This document shows, piece after piece, positions 33,963 through 43,957 of a stretch of 46,497 nt of DNA. The stretch is taken from the UHGV virus genome UHGV-1364979; one strand, 5' to 3'. Below the pieces are notes generated by a model that made no database searches, was not told the DNA's origin, and saw nothing but the letters and a program-made list of their open reading frames with translations. The position numbers and the translations under genes are program-made. The stretch's first letter is position 1, and every line of letters starts with the position of its first letter. Origin of the DNA: a virus.

Positions 33963-34718
33963 ATGGCTATTTGTGCAAATGATAACGGCATCATCACAGG
34001 TCGCCAGTCGCTCATTGAGCTGGCTGATGGCTGCTGGGATGCTGTGCCAGCAGAGGAAGACTGGAAGTTTTTTGCTCCCATGACCTCAAAAGGCGTCGAC
34101 TTCAGCCCAAGCACCACCACCTCAGAGGCTGATGATGGCGATGGCTTTGTCGCCACGCTGGTCACTACCGCAGACCTCACCATTTCCGGTGATTTTGAAG
34201 TTCGTAAGGCTGACAAGGCTGATGAGTATGGCGTGCATAACCTCATTAAATACTTTGTCACCGAAGTCAAGGCGCGTCGCCAGCCTTCGCTGTGGGTTCG
34301 CCAGACCACTGGCAACACCGTTGTGGTGGCTTACTGCAACATCACCGCTCTGAGCTACGATGGCGGCACCAACGACATCATCACCGGCTCAGTTGAACTC
34401 AAGCCATATGATGGCTCTACCGTTGACGTGTCCAGCATCGAAGATTTGACGCTGACCACTGATATCAGTGCAATCAAAAGCGTTGCCACTGGCGACACTC
34501 TGACGCTCGGTCCGGTAGTTGCGGCTGGCGGTGTCGAGCCTTATACCTACCAATGGTATAAAGGCACTTCGCCGATAAGCGATGCTACTACCGACACGCT
34601 CACCAAGGCCACTGCTGCCGCAGGTGATGCTGGTACGTACTTCTGCCGCGTGATGGACTCGGCAACCAGTCCTGATTACGTTGACTCTACTAAGTGTGTC
34701 GTCACCGTGACCTCATAA
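33963..34718 (+). CDS. major tail protein with C-terminal Ig-like domain
   Basis: 251 aa with a strong promoter and terminator. The C-terminal 90 aa are Ig-like (YTYQWYKG...YFCRV). Confidence 0.75.
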   Translation: MAICANDNGIITGRQSLIELADGCWDAVPAEEDWKFFAPMTSKGVDFSPSTTTSEADDGDGFVATLVTTADLTISGDFEVRKADKADEYGVHNLIKYFVTEVKARRQPSLWVRQTTGNTVVVAYCNITALSYDGGTNDIITGSVELKPYDGSTVDVSSIEDLTLTTDISAIKSVATGDTLTLGPVVAAGGVEPYTYQWYKGTSPISDATTDTLTKATAAAGDAGTYFCRVMDSATSPDYVDSTKCVVTVTS

Positions 34719-34720
34719 AG

Positions 34721-34748
34721 AAAACCCCCGAAAGGGGGTTTATTTTTT
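34721..34748. terminator. strong bidirectional terminator
   Basis: AAAACCCCC gaaa GGGGGTTT then TTTTTT. Confidence 0.85.
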
Positions 34749-34925
34749 CAGCAATGAAGATACGCGGATTCTCCACAATGACAAGTTAGCGAGCGATACT
34801 GCTAACTCCATGTGAATCAATCTAAGTTTTTCAATATCAACAAAGACCGGGGCGTTGTATTGTTGATTGCTTCTTATGTACTTTGAAATAGTATCAGCAT
34901 CATTATTATCAAGAGTCATCATCAT
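34740..34925 (-). CDS. hypothetical protein
   Basis: 61-aa ORF. Confidence 0.4.
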   Translation of the reverse strand: MMMTLDNNDADTISKYIRSNQQYNAPVFVDIEKLRLIHMELAVSLANLSLWRIRVSSLLKK

Positions 34926-35214
34926 TCTCCTCTCTGATTGCAGTATCCAGTTGTCGACGCAACATACACAGCGCTCCGTGTGGCATAAACTGTGAAACCA
35001 TTCCGTCGAATATCTTCCGGTTTAATTTATTATCAATTCTCGGCCTGATTGCAGACCAGCATGACCTGATTGCGTGATTTACAGGCCTGCGGTCCAGCAT
35101 TGCGAGTCGTGCAGCTAACTCAATGGTAACGAGCGCGTCAAGATACTGCTCGCATGAGTAGCGTGATTCGTCATCCTCTTCCGTGGTTTTTATGGTAGTT
35201 AAGTTTTCTTTCAT
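34909..35214 (-). CDS. hypothetical protein
   Basis: 101-aa ORF. Confidence 0.45.
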   Translation of the reverse strand: MKENLTTIKTTEEDDESRYSCEQYLDALVTIELAARLAMLDRRPVNHAIRSCWSAIRPRIDNKLNRKIFDGMVSQFMPHGALCMLRRQLDTAIREENDDDS

Positions 35215-35683
35215 ATATCAATCTCGCCTTAACGGCATCGTCAAAGTTTACGTAGTAACCTATTGTTTTCTTTTTGCCATCAATTGATATTGAAGACTTC
35301 CATTTCCCAAACCTATTAATAAAACAAACGCCACTAACGCCGCTAGTATTGTTTTTTTGCCTTGGCCTGTTTTTCATATTCTCAGGCATTGACACATTTC
35401 TTAGATTTTCTATCCTATTATTAGTCCCATCACCATCAATATGGTCGATGTAATCAGGCCAATAACCATAATTCATAAACCATATTACCCTATGAGATTT
35501 GTAAACCTTGCCATCTATCCTTATGTTAATGTAAGACGTCTGATGATCTTTGCTTTTTGACTCCCAACCAGCTTTGCTACCTTTGACCTTCCTGGCGTAT
35601 CTATCAACATTCCATACGAGATAACCATCATTATGGTATGTGAACAGTTCATTAAGCCTATCAAGCGATACGTCTGTTAACAT
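35171..35683 (-). CDS. HNH endonuclease with AP2 domain (homing-endonuclease-like)
   Basis: IDHIDGDGTNNRIENLRNVS is the HNH motif. SGVSGVCFINRFGKWKSSISIDGKKKTIGYYVNFDDAVKARL is the AP2 domain. Start MLTDVS with SD GGAGTG. Confidence 0.85.
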   Translation of the reverse strand: MLTDVSLDRLNELFTYHNDGYLVWNVDRYARKVKGSKAGWESKSKDHQTSYINIRIDGKVYKSHRVIWFMNYGYWPDYIDHIDGDGTNNRIENLRNVSMPENMKNRPRQKNNTSGVSGVCFINRFGKWKSSISIDGKKKTIGYYVNFDDAVKARLIYERKLNYHKNHGRG

Positions 35684-35775
35684 TGAACACTCCATACACC
35701 ATCGAATACTATGTAACATATGACACTTGGCGCGGGTTTATCTGTCATCTATTTTTCTTCTCATCAAGCATCACC

Positions 35776-35892
35776 CTAATGCACCGCCATGTCAGTATAC
35801 GGAAGTCTTGATATGCAGTCGTAGTTGACCACAATTTCTGCAACACGTAAATTAATCTCAAAATCACTTATCTTGCTGTAATCAGTGCTCAT
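35776..35892 (-). CDS. 38-aa peptide
   Basis: ATGA-coupled ORF. Not in the ORF track. Confidence 0.25.
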   Translation of the reverse strand: MSTDYSKISDFEINLRVAEIVVNYDCISRLPYTDMAVH

Positions 35893-36023
35893 CTCTTATC
35901 CTCCACCACTACGCCAATCTTAGCCAGCAACAAAATAGCCTTTACGCGCGCCTCTTCATAGGTGTAACCCTGATCGATGTAAAGGTCGATGTAAAATCTC
36001 AAATCAGCATCAGTCTCGTTCAT
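35889..36023 (-). CDS. 44-aa peptide (MNETDADLRFYIDLYIDQGYTYEEARVKAILLLAKIGVVVEDKR)
   Basis: First ORF after the promoter, with SD TGAGGG. Confidence 0.3.
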   Translation of the reverse strand: MNETDADLRFYIDLYIDQGYTYEEARVKAILLLAKIGVVVEDKR

Positions 36024-36053
36024 ATGTCAAACCCTCAATCACCTTATGCTTTC

Positions 36054-36083
36054 AATCTACGTCAGTCTTGCGCCCCCTGTCAA
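36054..36083 (-). promoter_or_regulatory. promoter TTGACA-N18-TAGATT (13-mer variant CTGACGTAGATTG)
   Basis: -35 at 36083-36078 and -10 at 36059-36054. Confidence 0.55.
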
Positions 36084-36092
36084 TGGTATAAT
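36076..36092 (+). promoter_or_regulatory. rightward promoter CCTGTCAA-TGgTATAAT (extended -10) for the chaperone and tape measure genes
   Basis: Perfect TGnTATAAT at 36084-36092. Confidence 0.6.
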
Positions 36093-36120
36093 TACGTCAT
36101 TATGAAAACAGGATTTAGAC

Positions 36121-36828
36121 ATGAGACAACGCACACCGCTAACAGAAATCGGAGAGATGCGCATCTCCCTGGCTGACAAGTCTTTTTTCTTCAAACCATC
36201 ATTTGCGGCGATGAACGAGCTTGGCTCACCGAAAGAGATTGTCGAGCTGTACGCTACGCTTAATGGCTATGAATACGCGGCCATACTCGGCGCCATTCAG
36301 TCAATGCCGTATGGCGCGCAGATTCAGGTGGCAAAAATCCTTTCACGCCCTGCCTATGGTAAGAAAGTTCTCAGCGCCGCCTGCCTCATCATGCAGTCCT
36401 GTTGTGATGATGATATTTCGGTGCTCATTGGGTCATGGAAGCCAACTCCGCGCGGTGTGAAGTACGTCACCGGAAGAATGCCAGTAAATGACATTATTAT
36501 TATTGCCCGCAACCTGATGGAGCATGGCATCATTGGCAAGTCTCCGCTCAAGGTTCCTCAGCGCTCGGAAAACCAAAAGCGCACAACCAGTGAACTGAGA
36601 ATGTCGGATTACATCATCTCAGCTCGCACCCATTTCGGAATCACCCGTGAGGAAGCTGAAGACCTGACCATGACCGAGTATCAGCAAATGATAAAATCAA
36701 AATACCCGGAACCGGAAGGCATGACGCGCGAGCAGTATGATGCGTCTTATGAACGGGCTAAGCTGAATAAACAGAAACTGAAAGAGAAAGCCGCCAGAAA
36801 GGCCGCTAAAAGCAAAGGAGCAAAATAA
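36121..36828 (+). CDS. tail assembly chaperone (putative), Lys-rich C-terminus
   Basis: 235 aa immediately upstream of, and TAATG-coupled to, the tape measure gene. Confidence 0.45.
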   Translation: MRQRTPLTEIGEMRISLADKSFFFKPSFAAMNELGSPKEIVELYATLNGYEYAAILGAIQSMPYGAQIQVAKILSRPAYGKKVLSAACLIMQSCCDDDISVLIGSWKPTPRGVKYVTGRMPVNDIIIIARNLMEHGIIGKSPLKVPQRSENQKRTTSELRMSDYIISARTHFGITREEAEDLTMTEYQQMIKSKYPEPEGMTREQYDASYERAKLNKQKLKEKAARKAAKSKGAK

Positions 36829-39800
36829 TGGCAGAAGAAGTTGGCGGCATTGTCTATGAGGTTGGCATTGATACATCTCAGTTAGCGGCTGGCAGTCGTG
36901 AAATAGAGTCAATGCTAAATGACCTTAGTGGGAATATGGGGCGGCTCGAGGCCAGCGTAAACAGGACTGAGCGTTCTATAAGCTCAATGGAAGGAACCAT
37001 GTCCAGCCTCACCGGGGTTGCAAAAGGATTGCTTGCTGCTTTGTCAGTGCAGCAGGTTGGCGCCTACGCTCAGGCGTGGCAGGATATGAGTAACAAACTC
37101 TCTAACGCTGTGAGAGATTCAGTTCCGCCGTTCGAAACCCTTGCCGATGTAACTAATCGTGTTTTTGATATCGCGCAAAAAACACGCTCAGGACTGGACG
37201 CAACGGCCACCCTGTACGCCAGACTTGAGAGGTCTACCAGAAGCTATGGTGTAAGCGTGGAAGACCTGACAAGGCTGACAACAATAATCAATCAGGGTTT
37301 TGTTGTATCCGGCGCGTCAGCTGAGGAGGCGAGTAACGCAATTATCCAGCTTGCACAAGGCATGGCATCTGGCGCCCTTCGAGGAGATGAGTTCAACTCA
37401 GTAAACGAGCAGGGCAACCGGCTCATGATAGCTCTTGCCGACTCTCTGGGTGTTGGCATCGGTGAGCTTAGAAATATGGCCGCCCAAGGCAAATTGACAA
37501 CGGATGTCATAGTCAATGGCCTCCTGTCGCAGGGAGATAGTATTGGGAGAGAGTTCGCCAAAACAACTTCTACCATCAGCCAGTCTCTGGAGATAGCCGG
37601 AAATAACGTTGCAAGATTCTTTGGGGAAAACGCAACGGTAAAAACAGGCGTAAAAATATTTAGCGATTCAGTGATACTGGCAAGTGAAAACATTCAGGCC
37701 CTCGGTACAGCGCTAACCATTGTAGCTGGCGTAATGGGGAGCCGTTATGTTGGCGCTCTGGCAATGTCCACTGCAGCTAAAATATCAGATATAGCCGCAT
37801 CAAGACAGCAATTGATCGCCGAGAATCAGCAGGCACAATCAGCACTTGTGGCTGCAAATTCCGCGCAGAGGAAGGCTTTAGCTGATAAAGAGGCGGCGCT
37901 ATCATCTCTGGCGCTTGCTCAGGCTGAATATAACGTAGCAAAAGGCAGTGCAGCCGAGATGCTGGCGCTTGATGCTCTGGTTGCAGCAAAATCAAGAGCT
38001 AGTGCCGCGTCACTATCCCTTGCTCAGGCTGAAAACGCACAGGCTACGGCATCAGCGAGAGCAGCATCCGCGGCAAGCGCTGCATCGGTAGGAATTGGCC
38101 TTGCCAGAGGTGCTCTTTCATTGATAGGCGGGCCAGCAGGCGCGGCGATGTTAGCAGCGGGGGCAATATTTTACTTTTGGCAGAAAGCACAGCAAGCCAG
38201 AGAAGAAGCAATCCGCTTTGCCGATAGTCTGGACGAAGTAAACGCCTCAATGAAGGCGATGAATAATACCCAACTCAGGGGGGCGATAGCTGACGCCAAT
38301 ATTTCAATTTCGGCGCAAAAGGATGCTGTGAGAAATCTGCAAAGTGAAGTTGATGCACTTCGTGAGAGGTATCTTAGCTTCACTCCTGCCGCGCAAGAGG
38401 TGGCTGAGTCACTTGGTCAAGGGTCGCAATTTGCTTCTGATCAGGAAAGGGTGCTCAATGAATTAAATAAAAAATCAAGAGATTTAGCTGATGCTCAGGA
38501 TAAACTAGCAAGAACTCAGGACACGGCAGCAGAAGCAAGCAGAACCCTAACAAACAACATGCTTACCTCAATGGGGGTACATGATGGCCTGATTGAGAAA
38601 GGCTCGACTCTTGAGAGAGTGCAGGGGGCGGTGGCAAGAGCATTTGGATTGACTGCCGATGAGATAAACCGAGCAAATCAGGCAGGCCAAAACTTCAACC
38701 CAAAATCCTTGCAAGTGTCGCCCCCAACAGAAGAAGCTGACAAGATAATCCTCAATCTTGAGGAGCAAAACCAACTTTTAAAAATACAGAATGAAAGACA
38801 AAGGGCAGTAACAAAGGCGAGAATGGAGGCAGCTAAGGTAACTGATAACCCCAATCAGATAGCCAGAGCTGGTGAGCTTGCAGGGCAGATACATGATTTA
38901 AATGAGGCTGAGAAAGCAAGAGAAAAAGCGCAAAATGATTCTCAGTCAGCGGCCAACAAGGCAGCCACAGAGCAGGAGAATATCGCCAACAAACTTGAGC
39001 AACTGCGGCAAGAATCATTGCTAACAGCAGATAGCACAAGAGAGCTAAGTCGAGAGCAAGCAATACTACAGGCACAACAATCATTAGGAAAAGGCGCTAC
39101 AGAGGAGCAAATAAGGCTCGCTGGAGAGTACAAGGCTAAGGCATGGGATAATGCCAACGCGATAAAGGCTCAGGCAGAGGCGGAGAAGAAAAGAGTTGAA
39201 GCCGTCAAGGGATTCGCTGCATTAAAATCGCAGACATCCCCAATGTTTGCCGTTGAAACAAATTACCAGAAGGATTTAGCAGCGCTCAATGCTTATGCGG
39301 TGGCTTACCCGCAAAAGATAGCGGAGGTTGAGCAGGCCAGAGCAGCAATTGAGGAACAATACCGCCAGCAGCGCCTTGATGCCATGTGGCAGGAGTGGAG
39401 TCAGCAGAATGCGGCTACGCAAGCAGCTGCTGCTGCATTTGATGCTTTTGGGCAAACCGCAAGCAACGCACTGACTGGTATTTTGACTGGCTCAATGTCT
39501 GTAAGTGATGCCTTGCGGTCAATTGGCAGCACTGTGTTGAACGCTGTCATTAACTCATTCGTTCAGATGGGTGCTGAGTGGCTTAAATCGGTGATTATGG
39601 GTCAGGTTGGGATGACCGCAGCCTCAGCGATGGCAGCGACTCAGGCCAAGCTAATCGCAGCGGCAATGGCCCCGGCAGCGGCAATGACCTCGCTTGCCAC
39701 GGCTGGCGCTAACGCAATCCCTGCACAGGCTGGCATTGTTTCCACCATTGGTGTGGCTAAAGCAATGTCTGTTGCCGGTGCATTAAAGAATGGCGGCCCT

Positions 39801-40121
39801 GCGCAGGCTGGATCAATGTATCAGGTCGGCGAGAACAACCTCCCTGAAATCTTCCAGGCCAGTAATGGTAATCAGTACATGATACCCGGGGACAACGGAA
39901 AGGTTATCAGCAACAAAGACCTTACCGGAGGTGGTAGTGGTATTGTGATTTATAATAGCGTCACAAACTACAGCAGCGGAGCAACAACAACTACCAGTGC
40001 CAGAGACAATGGAGATGGGTCTGTTACAATTGAGACGATTGTGGCAGATATCGAGAGTGGCGGGCCCATTTCTCAGGCTATTACCAGCAACACCACTGCA
40101 ACCAGAAGGGCAACAGAATAA
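36828..40121 (+). CDS. tail tape measure protein
   Basis: 1097 aa, Ala/Gln-rich coiled coils, and the expected position. Confidence 0.9.
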   Translation: MAEEVGGIVYEVGIDTSQLAAGSREIESMLNDLSGNMGRLEASVNRTERSISSMEGTMSSLTGVAKGLLAALSVQQVGAYAQAWQDMSNKLSNAVRDSVPPFETLADVTNRVFDIAQKTRSGLDATATLYARLERSTRSYGVSVEDLTRLTTIINQGFVVSGASAEEASNAIIQLAQGMASGALRGDEFNSVNEQGNRLMIALADSLGVGIGELRNMAAQGKLTTDVIVNGLLSQGDSIGREFAKTTSTISQSLEIAGNNVARFFGENATVKTGVKIFSDSVILASENIQALGTALTIVAGVMGSRYVGALAMSTAAKISDIAASRQQLIAENQQAQSALVAANSAQRKALADKEAALSSLALAQAEYNVAKGSAAEMLALDALVAAKSRASAASLSLAQAENAQATASARAASAASAASVGIGLARGALSLIGGPAGAAMLAAGAIFYFWQKAQQAREEAIRFADSLDEVNASMKAMNNTQLRGAIADANISISAQKDAVRNLQSEVDALRERYLSFTPAAQEVAESLGQGSQFASDQERVLNELNKKSRDLADAQDKLARTQDTAAEASRTLTNNMLTSMGVHDGLIEKGSTLERVQGAVARAFGLTADEINRANQAGQNFNPKSLQVSPPTEEADKIILNLEEQNQLLKIQNERQRAVTKARMEAAKVTDNPNQIARAGELAGQIHDLNEAEKAREKAQNDSQSAANKAATEQENIANKLEQLRQESLLTADSTRELSREQAILQAQQSLGKGATEEQIRLAGEYKAKAWDNANAIKAQAEAEKKRVEAVKGFAALKSQTSPMFAVETNYQKDLAALNAYAVAYPQKIAEVEQARAAIEEQYRQQRLDAMWQEWSQQNAATQAAAAAFDAFGQTASNALTGILTGSMSVSDALRSIGSTVLNAVINSFVQMGAEWLKSVIMGQVGMTAASAMAATQAKLIAAAMAPAAAMTSLATAGANAIPAQAGIVSTIGVAKAMSVAGALKNGGPAQAGSMYQVGENNLPEIFQASNGNQYMIPGDNGKVISNKDLTGGGSGIVIYNSVTNYSSGATTTTSARDNGDGSVTIETIVADIESGGPISQAITSNTTATRRATE

Positions 40122-40591
40122 TGGCTATAGCTTACCCATCATGGCTGCCGCTTGCGCAGCGTGCCAGCAAGAACATGACGACTCAAACCCCATTCCGCAG
40201 CGATCAGCCTGCGGTAGGAGCGCCAATATTTCAAAAGTTAACGACCGATGTTGCAGTAACATGGAGTTTGACATGGGTTTTCACGCTCAGGCAGGAAAGA
40301 GCTTTTATTCAGTGGTTGAGAAGCCCAAACTACCTCAACAAGTGCAATGAATGGTTCACGATGGATATCGATCTTGGCGGCAGCGGATTACAGAATCAGA
40401 CTTTGCACTTTACTGATTACCCCGTGCAGACAAGCATCAATGGCGGCATCGTCACATGGACTGGAAATGTCATCTGTAAAACCCTCAATAACTCCATGGA
40501 TGAATTTGATGATGTGCTTGTTGAGCTTGATGAGAGATGGTATTCATGGCTCGATGAAGTGGTTAACAGGGATTTGCCGGAGTATCCATAA
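40121..40591 (+). CDS. minor tail protein (lambda gpM position)
   Basis: TAATG-coupled to the tape measure gene. Confidence 0.5.
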   Translation: MAIAYPSWLPLAQRASKNMTTQTPFRSDQPAVGAPIFQKLTTDVAVTWSLTWVFTLRQERAFIQWLRSPNYLNKCNEWFTMDIDLGGSGLQNQTLHFTDYPVQTSINGGIVTWTGNVICKTLNNSMDEFDDVLVELDERWYSWLDEVVNRDLPEYP

Positions 40592-41061
40592 TGCCAACAT
40601 TGCGTGAATACCAGTCAAAAAGGCCAAACTGGAAGCTGTATGACACCATAACCTTTTATCACTCTTCATTTGGTTATGTCAGGCTTGTTGGCAATGAGTT
40701 TTCTGATATTGTACTTGGCGGTCAGACTTACCAGCCAGTGCGCATGGATGTAACCAGAAGCCAGCAATCGAACACACCGGTAATCAATGCCACGCTGAAG
40801 TTTGCGAGACTGGCAAATGACTTTAAGCAATATCTAAAGTTATGGTCAGGTTCTGGACGCATTGAGCCTATCACTGCGTTATACCAGCGTTTTGACGAGA
40901 CTGACAAAAACACACCATTAAAACCATATACGCTTTATGTGAACGATGTGACGCTTGATGAGTCTGATGTAACGGTCTCCATCTCCATAAAAAACCCAAT
41001 CAATGGCAACGTGGCAAAACTTTATGACATCACAGAATTCCCCGGACTGCGTACCGTTTGA
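40591..41061 (+). CDS. minor tail protein L-like
   Basis: [27 protein letters not shown] resembles lambda gpL (WQGRQYQPYPIQ...TSTRPTLTV). TAATG-coupled. Confidence 0.55.
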   Translation: MPTLREYQSKRPNWKLYDTITFYHSSFGYVRLVGNEFSDIVLGGQTYQPVRMDVTRSQQSNTPVINATLKFARLANDFKQYLKLWSGSGRIEPITALYQRFDETDKNTPLKPYTLYVNDVTLDESDVTVSISIKNPINGNVAKLYDITEFPGLRTV

Positions 41062-41074
41062 AGATTTTGAGAGG

Positions 41075-41482
41075 ATGATGCTTGGCAAGCCATACGTCGA
41101 CAGATGTTGTCACGTTGACGCAGTGGACTGCTGGGGTCTGGTGGTGCTGTTCTATCGCCTGTGCATGAATGTTAATGTTCATCATGATGACTCATATTCA
41201 AATGGCGGCGATTTTGTCACCTGTTTCAATGGGGAAGTTTCATTCTGGAAAGACACCGATCATCCAAAAATTGGTGATGTGGTTGTCGCCTATCGTGGAA
41301 GTTACCCGGTACATGTCGCGCTGTGGTGGGGTCGTGATAAAATACTGCATGCGCGAGAGAAAACGGCAGTCAAGACAGACCGCCTTAAAACACTCGAAAA
41401 ATTATCAACAAAATTAAGGTTCCTGACTTATGCCGGTTATTCACATTCAGAAGATGCCAGGAGTTCCAAAAGAGACGGGTAA
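41075..41482 (+). CDS. NlpC/P60-family tail assembly protein (lambda gpK-like C-terminal domain)
   Basis: Cys and His in [11 protein letters not shown]...HVALWWG match the NlpC/P60 arrangement. Confidence 0.6.
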   Translation: MMLGKPYVDRCCHVDAVDCWGLVVLFYRLCMNVNVHHDDSYSNGGDFVTCFNGEVSFWKDTDHPKIGDVVVAYRGSYPVHVALWWGRDKILHAREKTAVKTDRLKTLEKLSTKLRFLTYAGYSHSEDARSSKRDG

Positions 41483-43919
41483 TGTTCCTGCTGGCACTAA
41501 TCTGTGGAGATGGCTGGAGAATTCCAGCCTTCCATCTGATATCAGGATTGCACTGAATGGCCGCATTTTTGGCCCTGATGATGAATTGTCGATATCGTTA
41601 AAGCAAAACGATATTGTTAACATTTACTGCCAGCCTCGCGGCGCCATTGGCGACCTTATCAGCACGATACTCAAGCCTGTAACGAAGGTGCTTTCTTTTC
41701 TGTTGCCAAAAGCATCAACGCCGTCAATCAACTCAGAAACATCAAAGTCATCGCCAAACAACTCACTCAAAGCGCAGACAAACACGGCAAGAAATGGTGA
41801 GGCCAGACCTGATAATTTTGGGCAAGTCAGGAGTTATCCAGACCTGATTCAAGAGTCACTTTTTGAATACATAAATAACATAAAATATGTTACAGAAATA
41901 ATGAACTTCGGTCTTGGGAAGTACACCGTATCATCAGTCAGGTATTCAGAGTCAAACCTTGGCTCGCTTGCTGGTGCATCATATACAATATATAACCCTG
42001 GAGAAATTATACCTGTAATATATGAGCCTTATGCTTTTGATGATGTTGATGGTCAGGAATTATACGGACCAAATGAGTTGAGTGTTGATCCTCCTCCAGT
42101 GCAAATTGAGACAGCCACCACGACAACGGTAAGTGATTCCGACTTTGCATCCGGCGAGCTGCTCATAAAAATACCAAAAAATAGTGATTTCGACTATTTT
42201 GTAGACCTTACCATGCCGCATGCTATTGTTTTTGAACTAAACATAACCTACCCAACTCCTGGGGGTAGCACAACAGCGGATGTTACATTATCTGGAAACC
42301 TGACATTCGCAGAAGAAAAAAATGATGGATTAATCCCTCCTGTGGATTACTGGTACGAATTTACAATAAACTCAATAAATTATGGCGGAGCGCCAATCTC
42401 ATCCCTTGATGGAGTGACAATAAATAATACGTTATTTTCATTAACTGACAATCAGCCGCTGGTATCTGGCCCATATTTCTCTCCAATAGAGGGCGGCGAG
42501 CTTTGGGTGCATTTCATAGCACAGCTTGGAGATAAAGACTACGCAAATGTGAAGATTGAGTGGTGGAAAGTCGATGATAATAACGAACAAATACCCGGAA
42601 CAAAGGAGGAGCATTTTTTTGAAACTGGCGCAGCACCAAGGACAGACAATTACTTTTACACAATAAAATTAACCCCATCAGCTGGATTCGGGAGATATGC
42701 AATACAGTTTTCAAGAACCAACAACAGCAATGACCACTCAATCATTCAGGTTGACGAGGTCCATACAATAATAAAGAGGGAAAACGTATCCTATCATGAT
42801 GACACAATTGTTAAGGTAGTTGTTAGAGCGACAGAAAACGCCACCGGTAGCAGAGAAAGAAAGTATAACGCGCTAATCACCCGCTGGACTATCGGATATA
42901 ACAGAACAACCGGGACAGTCGACTATACGTTAACTCCATCAAGAAGTTTTGCAGATTCAGTGCTGCATAACTGGCTTATTACTGCTGGTCAGCCTGAAAG
43001 CACCATTGACGTTGGAAGGCTCTATGAAATAGCTGATGCGCTGCCTGATGAGCGCCTTGGGTATTTTGATTACACATTTGACGATGAGGATAAATCGATC
43101 GGCGAGCGAATTCAGACCATCTGTGATGCAGCTCGCGTAACTGTATTTTGGGATGATGGCGTCCTATCTTTCTCAAGAGATGAGCAAAAATCAACCCCTG
43201 AAACTGTGTTTAATACCAGAAACACACAGGCTGATGGCTATAAAATGTCTTATGACATGACTTTGCCTGGTTCATATGATGGCGTAAGCGTTCAGTACCG
43301 CGACCCAAACACCAACAAACAGGCTTACGTTTATTATAAAGTTGGGGCATCTGGTATCGAGCCGGGAGAGCCGACTAAGCCGAAAAAATTCGACATGTTA
43401 TATGTTCGGAACCTGTATCAGGCAACAGACCGGGCCATGCTTGAATGCAATCGCCTGATGTACTCACGTCGCGGCATGGAGATAAAGGCGCTTGCTGATG
43501 GCGAGTGGGTGAACGTCGGCGATATGATTTCCGTTGTCGACATTTATGATTCAGTGCAGCAGACTGGCGTTATCCGTTCAAGGTCTGGAAACGTATTTAC
43601 CACCAGTGAACAGCTCACGGCAGAAAGCGGTCTGTTTGTGGTCATCACCGGCGCCAATGGGAATGTTTCAGAACGCCTGGCTTGTACCGTTACCGGACTG
43701 AATACATTCGAGTGCGCATTGCCATCTGATTTCGAGTTAAACATTTTTGATGGTGTTAATGTTCAGTCAGAATCAAGATATGCCATCTCCACAGAGGTTG
43801 AGCTTGATTCAACGTTATGGACAGTTAGCCAAAAAACTCCAGGTACAGATGGCACAGTGTCTCTCACCGTAACTGAGTACAATGACGCCATGTACGCCTA
43901 CACCAACCCTGTTGCATGA
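41430..43919 (+). CDS. tail tip / host-specificity protein: gpI-like N-terminal domain fused to a J-like tip protein
   Basis: 829 aa. The N-terminal 90 aa are lambda gpI-like (beta-grasp). The remainder is a Thr/Ser-rich beta protein in the tip position. Confidence 0.5.
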   Translation: MPVIHIQKMPGVPKETGNVPAGTNLWRWLENSSLPSDIRIALNGRIFGPDDELSISLKQNDIVNIYCQPRGAIGDLISTILKPVTKVLSFLLPKASTPSINSETSKSSPNNSLKAQTNTARNGEARPDNFGQVRSYPDLIQESLFEYINNIKYVTEIMNFGLGKYTVSSVRYSESNLGSLAGASYTIYNPGEIIPVIYEPYAFDDVDGQELYGPNELSVDPPPVQIETATTTTVSDSDFASGELLIKIPKNSDFDYFVDLTMPHAIVFELNITYPTPGGSTTADVTLSGNLTFAEEKNDGLIPPVDYWYEFTINSINYGGAPISSLDGVTINNTLFSLTDNQPLVSGPYFSPIEGGELWVHFIAQLGDKDYANVKIEWWKVDDNNEQIPGTKEEHFFETGAAPRTDNYFYTIKLTPSAGFGRYAIQFSRTNNSNDHSIIQVDEVHTIIKRENVSYHDDTIVKVVVRATENATGSRERKYNALITRWTIGYNRTTGTVDYTLTPSRSFADSVLHNWLITAGQPESTIDVGRLYEIADALPDERLGYFDYTFDDEDKSIGERIQTICDAARVTVFWDDGVLSFSRDEQKSTPETVFNTRNTQADGYKMSYDMTLPGSYDGVSVQYRDPNTNKQAYVYYKVGASGIEPGEPTKPKKFDMLYVRNLYQATDRAMLECNRLMYSRRGMEIKALADGEWVNVGDMISVVDIYDSVQQTGVIRSRSGNVFTTSEQLTAESGLFVVITGANGNVSERLACTVTGLNTFECALPSDFELNIFDGVNVQSESRYAISTEVELDSTLWTVSQKTPGTDGTVSLTVTEYNDAMYAYTNPVA

Positions 43920-43957
43920 TACAATAGGGTAATTAATGATTACGGAGATTGCAGCAG

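Noticed and set aside
37292-39157. Several 70-130 aa ORFs on the minus strand within the tape measure gene
   Set aside because: These are typical spurious antisense ORFs in Ala/Gln-rich coding sequence. None has an SD or a 13-mer promoter.
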